Source of the DNA: Cycas panzhihuaensis
Lineage: Eukaryota > Plantae > Cycadophyta
Length of the DNA stretch: 64,000 bases
Direction: 5' to 3'
NCBI GenBank assembly: GCA_023213395.1
Contig: CM041465.1
Location: 92,077,741 to 92,141,740, forward strand
Position 1 is the first letter of the stretch; every line of letters starts with the position of its first letter. Under the pieces are notes generated by a model. It was not told the origin of the DNA, searched no databases, and worked only from the letters and a program-made list of their open reading frames with translations. Positions 53,688 through 64,000 of this stretch are shown here, one piece after another. Made by a program: the position numbers and the translations under genes.

Positions 53688-56600
53688 TGAAAGAGGTTAA
53701 TGTATCAAGGTCATTTGTGTAGATTAATTATGTGACCTTGGGATATATTATTAGCATTAGTCTCTTAATGAAATGTAATTTATGTACATTTAGATGTAAT
53801 TTCAGGTTTATGTTATTAAGCAAGAAAATCCTAACCGTGATGCTCACCCTCAATAATAAAAGGCGAAATCTCAAGGAGGGAGTCATTATTTATTCTCACC
53901 TCTAAGTTTGCTCTTATATCTTGTTTCATCTTCTTTTTCATTCTCCATTACCATTGTGTGCATGTGAGTGATTTATCTCCTAGATTTATCCTTCCTTTAT
54001 GTGGTATTAGAGTTAGAAGGAGATCTAGTCACTCCATTCCAGTTGCATGAAGTCATTTTGCCTCTCCTTCACCTTCAATGTGAAGTATTGAGAGTGCATT
54101 CATTATTTTTTAACATTTTGAGAGCTTAAAATTATAGTATTTTGCATGTTGCTACTTTGTCCATGTGTGAAAAAATTTAGAGGTGAAGAATATATGTTTT
54201 TGAAGCCGTTCAGTTGCCAGAACAGTACCAGAAGCATTAAAGGCCTAAAATTTCATAAAACTTTGACTATCTTAGAATTTGATGAAATTTAGCATGCAAG
54301 GTCTCCCTGAGTAGAAGATCTTTTTTTCTTATTGAGAAACTTTAGATTCAGCCTAAAATTACTAGTTTTGTCTGTGATAAAAGGGTAAATTTTGTGGATA
54401 AGTGATTTAAAGCACTTTTCCTAAAGAAATCCTTTAATTATAAGCTAAATATCTGAAAGTTTTATTAAGGGATCTAGTAGATTTATGTATTAAGATACGT
54501 TTAAGATAAATCTCATCAAATTTCATCCATTGGTTAGTGAGATCTATCCAGTTTTCTCACGGTTACTGATTTTGCCTACTCAACCCCACAAAGGACCTTG
54601 TAAGGGCATTTCGGGCAATCTTTTGGTAGATTTTGTAGATGGTACAAAATAGAAAGTTAATATACATGTTAAAACATAACTTTTTACATATTGAAGTTCA
54701 GATTTTGAGATAGTTGATCTGGCATGATTTTACTTTGGTGCTTTTTTGGGTAGAAAATTTTTTATGCCTTTTCTAAAATCTGACTTCACAACTTTATCAG
54801 AAATGATATTCTGAACACTTTTTCCTTTTATTATAAATTTAGATTTTATCATTTAGGCCTTCATATTTGTAATTTTTTAAAAATTTATCCATTTATCATT
54901 ATTTGTAAATTTTGTGAAAAAATCATAAAATAGATAAAAATAACATGCATATAGATTTAGAAAAATCATCATTTTAGCGGTAAGATGATTCACTTTTTAG
55001 CCCATTATGGCTTTTGTATCAAAACATTCAAAATCATATTTGGAAACATTATACTAAAGCAAAGGAAACCTTGGATTGGAAGCAACATCTGGTTCCCCTG
55101 CTAAATCTAGCATGCTTTTCTATTTGCACATAAAGCATGAAGCATCATAAAATTAGTAACAATAATAAAGCAAGTATGAAAAGAAAGCAAGTACATTTGG
55201 CAAGTTTCTATTTCAGTTTTTAGTTATACAAAAATATCTCACACTGTTCCTAAAAGGAATATCATCTGTATGATCTATATCATCAATTCTTGACTTATGC
55301 GCACACTCACCTTAGTTGAAATAGACCAAGGTTGGCCAAAGTCTAGGCCTTAAGGGAGGTGTGAGTTTCATACTATGTCTAGTCTTAACAAGAATAGTGG
55401 TATAGGGACAAGTTAGCCATACCTACGGCCTCCAATTAGGGATAATCCTGATAACCACCTGGGAAAACTGAAAACCTTAATGCAAGATTAAAATTAACTT
55501 GGTCTAATATCTATCATAGTCGTGGGATACATAGTACCATTTGACTCTTTAAAGGAGGTATATAACTGCTCATTGGTGAACTAGGTGAAGACTGGGAGTA
55601 CGTGGGCTCCATTGTGACTTGAATTCCATCACCAAGCGTAGGTGCAGGTATTGCAGGTGAAGGCCCTAATCATATACTAAAAGCCTTAGACTTTGAAACC
55701 TCGCCTATATTTGGACATAAGTGAGAGGTTAGTAGCATGACACATCACTACTCTTTGCCAACTCTACATTGGGCCTCATTCTTACATCATTACTTATATT
55801 CTTTTTTTATATAATTATTGAAAAATAGTTAATCATTGCTTGCTTCTCATTATAATAATCATTTCTACATCCCTATTGCACTAGGTGTACTAGCCACACA
55901 TGTCAGTAGCATATACTTCTATCATCTCTTCTACTTCTTTATCATTACCATGTCATCTCAATTTAAGCAAAATGTTAACTGCATATTGAAAGGCAAAGAA
56001 AATTGGGATATATGGGACACTGGAATTAAAAATGTTACAAAGCATGAAGGCCTTTGGAGAGCCCACTTACAACCCACACCCAGCATACCAGCAACAGCTA
56101 CAATAGCTACTTCTAGTGGATCCACCCTAATAGCTCCTATAGATGTAGCTAAACTATAATGGGAGATAGATGATGAAAAGATTCGTGTAGGAATTTTATT
56201 GGTCATTGATCACTCCTTATACAACTTGATAAACGAAGAGAAATACGATACAGCCTCGAAGGTCCTAGAAGTTCTTAGAAAGAACTTTGATACAAAGTCA
56301 GATTTAGAATTTGTTCATCTTGTTTTAAAAATAAACAAATTAAAAATGCAAAAGGGACGAGCTCATGAGACAATAAATCTCCTTCGACCAATCAAACAGG
56401 CAATTGACAAAGACTTTAAGACCCAATGCATCACTTGGGTATTTTGAATCTAGTTATATTTATATGTCTCTGATTATAAAAACTTGCTTCGAAGTCTTCA
56501 ATCTAGTGGAACATTGAAAATACTTAGCTTTGAAGCACTTGCTGAGAAGTTTATAGAATTTGACAAGACCTTTGATACAAACTTTGTAGCCTCTGACTCT

Positions 56601-59600
56601 CTTCCAGATGTAGCCTTTGAGGTATAAGAAGAAGTTTGCTACACAAAAAATTAAGGTCCCTCTCATGGCAGAGGAAATAATTGAACAAAAGGAAGAGGAA
56701 AAAATATAGGAAATCATCCACAAGGTCAATCAAACCCTCAATCATAACCTTAATAGTTTCAAGGCCAAGGGCTACCTCAATAGAAAGCAAGATAATCAGG
56801 CCAAACCAGTACTTCTTCAGGGACTAGTAATCAAACTATTATGTGTGATCAGTATAACTGTAAAGGACACTTAGCAAAAGATTGCGGAACTGCAACTTAT
56901 AAGTTGGCTAAGTTCCAACCAAAACATAGAGCTCACAATGTTGAAGAAATTTGTGAAGAATCCTTTAGTGGTGTAGGTTTTGTACAAGCACACATTCAAA
57001 CAATTGAGGGATATTTAGCATCAAATGTTATTAACCAACCAAAGAGATTCTTTGAAGCTTGGTGTGGATATATCACTTATGAATTCCCTTCACCAATGCC
57101 AAGCCATATTGGAATTGACAATAGTGTGGCTTTAATCGATGGATAGTGGATCATGGATATAGGAGCAACTCAACATATGACATGCAATCACAGTGTATAT
57201 CAAACATTTGACTCAAATGTTCATGGAGTTGTTCACATAGCTGATAAATCACAACAACCTATTGAAGGAATTGATAACATTCGACTGAAACTCCCAAGCT
57301 TAGAAGATTTTACATTGCTTGATGTCTTATACATACCCAATCTCAAACAAAACCTACTCTCTTTATCCACACTTATTTCTCATGGATTTGATCTGAGTGT
57401 AACTACAAATGACTAGACTCTTAAGGTCATTTACCCTCCAACTAATTAGGTGGTTTTAAATGGACATCTCTCTATCAAACTCTTTCGATTGGATGGCTCT
57501 CTATCTTCTGAAGCCCTTTGTGCCTAAAGCCCTTGTGCCGATGAAGAATTTACATTTAATTCCATCTTGACCCATCTAACGTTGTCACCAAAAGCTCTTT
57601 GGCATGCTTGTATAGGTCATGTTCATATTGATAAACTTAGAGATCTTTCTAACACTCTTCCAAGCCTTTCAAAGTTTTCCTCTAAGCCCTTTAAATGTGA
57701 AGCTTGTATCAATGCCAAATCTCATCGACAACCCTTTCCCAAAAGTCAGTGGAAATTGAGCCATCTATTAAAATTGGTACACTCTGATTTATGTGGGCCA
57801 ATGCCTATTCCTTCATTGAAGGGCAAGCTATATTATATTTCTTTCATTGATGATTTTACTAGAAAAGTATGGGTAGCTTTTCTACACAAAAAAGATAAAA
57901 CATTCTGTTTATTCAAGGAATTCAAAGCCCTCACTGAAAAAGAGTTAGGTTATCAACTCGAATGTCTTCGAACTGATAATTATGGCGAATATACCTCACA
58001 TGAGTTTGAAAGCTACTTTCGAGATAATGGCATCAAGCATCAAACAATAGTAGCAAGTACCCCACAGTAAAATAGAGTTGCCAAACGCATGAACAAGACA
58101 ATCATGAACATGGCTCGTGCTATGTTAATATATAAAAATATACCTGCCTATTTATGGGCTAAAGTAATCTAGACATTTGTTTATTGTATCAATGCTATTA
58201 ACCCATCAAAAGAAGCATAATCACCTAACGAAAAATAGTCAAAACAAGCCCCCATTGTTCACTACTTTAAAATTTTTGGCTCTACATGCTATGCCTATAT
58301 TTTGGATGCAGATCGAAATAAACTCTAGATAAGGGCACTTAAAGGCATCTTTGTTGGATACCTTATGGATAAGAAATGGTATAAGGTCTTCATACCTTCA
58401 CAATGAAAAATCATCATTACCAGAGATGTCATTTTTGTAGAGATAGAGGATCGATTTAAATTAGACTCCATAGTACCCTCACACCGCTACAATAATGTTA
58501 TCAAGTATGATGTTCAGATTCCAAATTTTGGGAGGGGAGATAGACATAAATTACTCTAAATATTGGAAGCTAACAATAGAGCCTTAGAGGATACAAGTTG
58601 TGACTCTGAACCAATGAGTGCACATCCAACACCATCTTTTGAAGATAACAAAGTTGACAAATACAAAGCTATTATAGAAGAACCATTCTCTCCACCTTCA
58701 GTTAACAAAGATAAAACAGTGGTAGAAGGACCTTCTTCCTCAAGCACATCAACATCCTCCTCATAAAATAATCATTTAACGAACATGATGAGAACTAAGA
58801 AGTTGGGGAAATAAGGACATCATTCCCAACTCGAGGATCTTGAGAAGCCCGCCAGCTCAATAAGGACATATGACCAGATGAGGTGGGAAAACTGGTACTC
58901 GAAGTGCTCACAGAGCAAGGATGCAGGAATCATTATATACTAAGATTAAACCAGCAGAATTGCACCTTGCTTTTAATGAAGATCCCTTAATATACCAAGA
59001 AGTTGTAAAGCATACAGCTTGAAGAAATGCCATAAATGAAGAATATCAATCTCTCATCAAGAACAGTACATGAAAGCTCGTTGATCTACCACTTGGAAGA
59101 AAGGTAGTTCAAAATAAGTGGGTATTCAAAAATAAATATAGATCAAACGACACCCTTGAAAAACATAAGGCAAGGATCATAGCTAAAGGATTTACACAAA
59201 GGGAAGGCATTGACTACAATGAAGTCTTTACACCTATAACCAAGTGGCCTACAATTAGAACTCTTGTGGCCTTGGCTGCTCAACAGGGTTGGAAAATCCA
59301 CCAACTCAATATTAAGACAGTGTTTCTCATTAGAGATCTTGAAGAAGAAATTTACGTGGATCAGCCATAAGGATATAGGATCGAAGATTAAGAGCATAAG
59401 GTTTGCAGGCCCAGAAAGTCCTTGTATGGCCTTAAACAAGCCCCTCGCGCTTGGTTTACCAAGTTGTCTGAAAGTATGAAGCAACTTGGATATGAGGTTT
59501 GTGACTATTAAGATATTGATGCAATGTTATTCATCAAGCACCATAAGGATAAAGTCACTTATCTCATAATCTTTGTAGATGACATGCTAGTAATGGCCAA

Positions 59601-61284
59601 TAGTGAACAGGCAATAAGTCAGTTGAAAAAGGACCTTGGCAAAACATTGGAACTGTCTGACCTTGGTTTGATGAAATATTACTTGGGAATTGCAGTAACA
59701 TAAAAGAATGGAAAATTTTTCCTCTCCTAAGAAAAATACATCAACGATCTTCTAACCAAGTTTCAGTTAGAATATGCTTGACCAATGATGTTACCTATGG
59801 ATCCTAACACCAAACTCTTAGTTGAAGGTGATACTAGGGAGGTAAACACAACACTCTACAGGAAATTTGTAGGTAGTCTCATCTACACTACCAATACAAG
59901 GCCAGATATTATACACTCTATCAGTATTCTTGCTCGTTATATGATAAATCCTAAGTAGAATCATTGGCAGGTAGTAGTGCGAGTGTTGAGATACCTTAAA
60001 ACAACCAGCAAATATGGCATGTTGTATGAACCTAATTCAGACTTCAAGCTTTCTGCATACACAGACTCAGACTTTATAGGAGATAAAGATACAAGAAGAT
60101 CTACTTTTGGGTATGTAACATTTCTTGGAACAGCACCAATATCATGGAGATCCAAACAGCAGAAGATAGTTACAGATTCAACCATTGAAGATGAATACAT
60201 TGCTGCTTCTAAGACTAGTAAAGAGGTCATATGGCTGAGAAAATTATTGGAAACATTGAATATCACCCAAACAAGTCCTACGAGTCTTCATGTAGATAAT
60301 CAATCAGCAATCTGCATGACAGAAAATCCTATATTTCATGATTGTATCAAACATATAAGTACGAAAGTCCACAAGATTAGGGAACTTGTTTATGACAGGA
60401 TAATTTAATTAGATTACTATCCCACAGCAGATCAAGTGGCTGATATCTTCACCAAACTAATGCAAAGGGTGAAGTTTGAATAGTTCCAAAGGCAGCTTAG
60501 CCTTAGGGCCTCCATCTTCGATTAATCAAAGAAGATGGCATTAGGATCATCATACTTTATTCTCTTCATGAAAACCCCTTGTGGACATGAAAGAATAAGA
60601 GTAAGTCTCTGCTCTATCCTCTTTGTGAAAACCCTATGTGGGCATGAAAGGATAAGGGTTCTACTTGTTTTGGAAAATTAGAACCTATAAAAACCCAAAA
60701 GGGCATAGGGGATGACCAAACAGTATATGGAGACTTAGCAGATTAAGCTACACATTTAAGCTACTTGGCTATCAGGCTACATCAAATAGCCACCTTAGCC
60801 ATTTTGATTTATAAAAGGGGTTATAGATCTTAGAAAGTCCATGGGTTTTTATTCCCCATGAGGGTTTTCCCACAAAAGTGTCATTTAAAATTTTAATATA
60901 ATAATGAGGCTTAAATGAAGATCTCATAGAATAGATTTTCTGAAAATGACCTTCCACCATTAAGGGGGGGATTGAAAGAGGTTAATGTATTAAGGTCATT
61001 TGTGTAGATTAATTATGTGACCTTAGGATATATTATTAGCATTAGTCTCTTAATGAAATGTAGTTTATGTACATTTAGATGTAATTTCAGGTGTATGTCA
61101 TTAGGCGAGAAAATCCTAACCCTAATGCTCACCCTCAATAATAAAATATAAAATCTCAATGAGAGATTCATTATTCATTCTCACCTCCAAGCTTTCTCTT
61201 ATATCTTATTTCATCTTCTTTTTCATTCTCCATTGCCATTGTATGCATGTGAGTGATTTATCTCCTAGATCCATCATTTCTTCA
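53688..61284 (+). mobile_element. Ty1/copia family A, full-length copy (7.6 kb) inserted in the integrase of E
   Basis: 312-bp LTRs at 53688-53999 and 60973-61284. TSD CTCCA/CTCTA. PBS at 54002. PPT about 60962-60970. Decayed gag-pol about 55949-60520. Confidence 0.96.
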
Positions 61285-63236
61285 CTCTAAAATTTTTTTG
61301 GAATATTGTAAGTCCAATGGGATACAAAGGCAATTTGTAACACCCTACACACCCCAATCAAATGGGGTCGCTGAAAGAAAAAATAGAGTTATTATGGAAA
61401 TGGCTCATAGTATGATGCATAAGAAAAATGTTCCAAAAGCATATTAGACTAAAAAAGTTAGCACAACCTATTATTTATTGAATAGAAGTCCAACCAAGGC
61501 AGTAGATCTTGTCACTCCAAAAGAAGCATGGATATGAAGAAAGCCAGATGTGAGTCATCTAAAAGTGTTTGGTTGTCAAGCATTTGTTTATATACTAGAA
61601 AGAAAAAGGATAAAGCTCGACTTAAAAAACTTGGAATGCATTATGGTTACTTATAGTAAAAATTCCAAACCCTACAAATGCATAGATCTTAAGACAAATA
61701 AGATATATGTAAGTCAAGATGTCATCTTCAATGAAGAATATAAAGATGAAGACACAAATCAAATCCAAGTAATAGAGAAAACACCTCAAGTAGCTTCTCT
61801 TGACACTACTATAAAAGAAGAATTGGGTATAGCTTTAGAAGATATTTTAGACGAATCTATCTTGCCCCAAGCCTCTCATAGAGATCCCACTCCAAAAGAT
61901 GATGAATCCTTTCCTAAAGAGTTAGGAATTGATGAAGGTAAAGGGGAAAAAAAGGTTCCCAAGTGGTAACTCAAAATAATTAAGGAAGGGAAAGGGGAAA
62001 TACTTCCTCACAGAATAAGAAGCCAAAAATACAGAGCCTTGTTCAATCATGTAGAGCCACAGTCATATATTAAATCAAAGGAGGACACTGAATAGAGAAA
62101 TGCCATGGATGTTGAACTAAGAAGATGGGAAAATACAAAGCTATGTTAGTAACAAAAGGCTACATACAAATAGTAGGAGTGGATTGTGATAAAACCTTCT
62201 CACCTATAGCTAAGTTGAACATAGTAAGAATAGTAATAGCCTTAGCTACACAAAAGAACTAGAAGATACACCAATTGGATGTCAACAGTACCTTTTTGAA
62301 TGGTCAAATAGAAGAAGAAGTATACACATCACAACTTGAGGGTTACATCAAGCATAGACAAGAGCACTTAGTCTACACATTGAAAAAGGCACTATATGGG
62401 ATGAAATAAGCTCCTTGTTCCTAGTAAATAAAATTGGATAACCATCTTTACAAAAATGGTTTCCACAGGTGTAGCTCAGACTCAAGTCTATATGGAAAAA
62501 ATTGAAATGGTACAATCACCATAATAGTGGTGTATGTTAATGACATGATTCTTACTAGTGATGATGAAGAATCAATATCTAACATAAAAGGTTAGCTAGA
62601 GAAAAAAAATTAAAATCACATATTTGGGCCTTCTAAATTATTATGTAGGAATCCAAGTCAATCAAGAGGGTAATTCAGTCACATTGTGCCAAAGTAAGTA
62701 CATGAAAGACTTGTTGACAAAATTCCAAATGGAAGAGTATAATCCATGCTCCACTACTATGGAAGTTAATTGCTATAGGAACCACATGTTGATGCCACCT
62801 TATTCAGGTAGCTGGTCGGTAGCCTTATCTACCTCATAATAACCAGACTTGATATTTCATACACAGTAGGTCTAGTATCAAGATACATACATAAACCCAA
62901 GGTAAATTATTAGAAAGTTACAAAGAAGATACTGAGATATTTGAAATGAATAACTGAATTAAGGTTGGCATTTCTAAAAGAAGAGTCTCTCAAATTAACT
63001 AGATTTTATGATTTAGACTAGGTAGGAGATAATGAACAAAGGAAATCAATTAGTAGTTATTATTTCTTTCTAGGCTCCTAGAGTAGCAAAAAATAAGCAA
63101 TTATAGCTCTATCATCTATAGAGATAAAGTATAAATCAATAGTCAGTGCAACTACTGAAGTAATATGGCTAAGGCAACTACTAAATGACCTAGAAGTATC
63201 TTAGAAAGGAGTAATAATACTCTACTATGATAATTA

Positions 63237-63561
63237 TGTTAGAGCGTGTGACGCTAACTATCACAAGGAAGTCCTCTTCCCAAATCACCATGGGGCTTTT
63301 GGTGTAACAACAACCTGTGATAAGTGGTATCAAAGCGACCAGGTTTAAAACTAGTCCTATGTATCGCGGTAGCGCACCTGAAGATATGTGAAGGTATTTG
63401 GAGGATGGCGTCAAGGAACATTGTGGTGGATATGCAATGATGTGTAGGTACAACCAACTCCTTCTGATGGGGGAGTGTTGGAGTGTGTGATGCTAACTAT
63501 CACAAGGAAGTCTTCTTCCCAAATCACCCTAGGGCTTTTGGTGTAACGGCAACCTGTGACA
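63237..63561 (+). mobile_element. TRIM (terminal-repeat retrotransposon in miniature), 325 bp
   Basis: 86-bp LTRs at 63237-63322 and 63476-63561. TSD AATTA. PBS TGGTATCAAAGC at 63325. PPT ATGGGGGAG. Removing it rejoins the RNase H frame of E (YYDN*STIKLTKN). Confidence 0.95.
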
Positions 63562-64000
63562 AATTAAAGCACCATCAAGCTTACAAAGAATCTAGTACTT
63601 CATGCAAGAACTAGGCACATTAAAGTACACCATCATTTTATTCGAGAGAAGGTTTAAAACAAGGAGATAAACCTTGTTTACTACCCAATAGGTGATCAAG
63701 TGGTAGATATTTTGGCAAAGCCACTAGGAAAAGATAGATTCCAAGTCCTTAAAGACAAAATAGGGTTAAAAGAATAAAACATTAAGAGAGGGTGTTAGAA
63801 TGTAATGTTTTATCTAAGATCTTAGATAAATATCTATATATGTATCTTTGTGTAACTGAAGGACATATATCAGTTTGTCATGTTTTGGTTACAAGTTAGT
63901 TTAAGAGGAGTTATAAGCCCAAGCATTATTCATCTACCATTCTAGTGTCAATCTAATAGTATGAGGGTTTCTTTAGTATCTCCATCATGTGTTTCTTTTT

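Larger units (their letters stand above)
50945..63958 (+). mobile_element. Ty1/copia element E, both LTRs present, carrying two nested insertions
   Basis: LTRs 50945-51151 and 63793-63958. TSD GTATG on both sides. PBS TGGTATTAGA at 51152. PPT AAGAGAGGG at about 63784-63792. gag from about 51925. The integrase frame KCIRSNGRGKYIS/KIFLEYCKSNGIQRQ rejoins across the family A insertion. Confidence 0.93.

Noticed and set aside
63237-63280. Cassandra-like 5S rRNA similarity in the TRIM LTR (GTTAGAGCGTG, GGAAGTCCTC)
   Set aside because: Only two short words match, the spacing is wrong, there is no C-box, and the second LTR matches less well.

Overview
This is AT-rich plant intergenic or heterochromatic DNA made almost entirely of nested, decayed retroelements. 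I found no intact host gene, rRNA, tRNA or CRISPR array. Ty1/copia content: three copies of one family (A; one full-length with LTRs, PBS, PPT and TSD) and at least five other elements (B, D, E, G, H). Ty3/gypsy content: a CRM-like gag-protease fragment and a large Tat-type element. The Tat element carries an archaeal-type RNase H downstream of integrase and an antisense Plant Mobile Domain-like ORF with an apparent intron. Also present are a 3'-truncated L1-type LINE, a complete 325-bp TRIM, and two copies of an apparently non-coding LTR family (C) whose LTR contains a (TA)n microsatellite. In one C LTR that tract has grown to about 1.6 kb and sits beside a perfect fold-back duplication. Decay is dominated by C>T/G>A transitions in CG and non-CG contexts. 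The INT-aRH order and low GC suggest a gymnosperm host (inference only). Family letters are my own labels and coordinates were read by eye.
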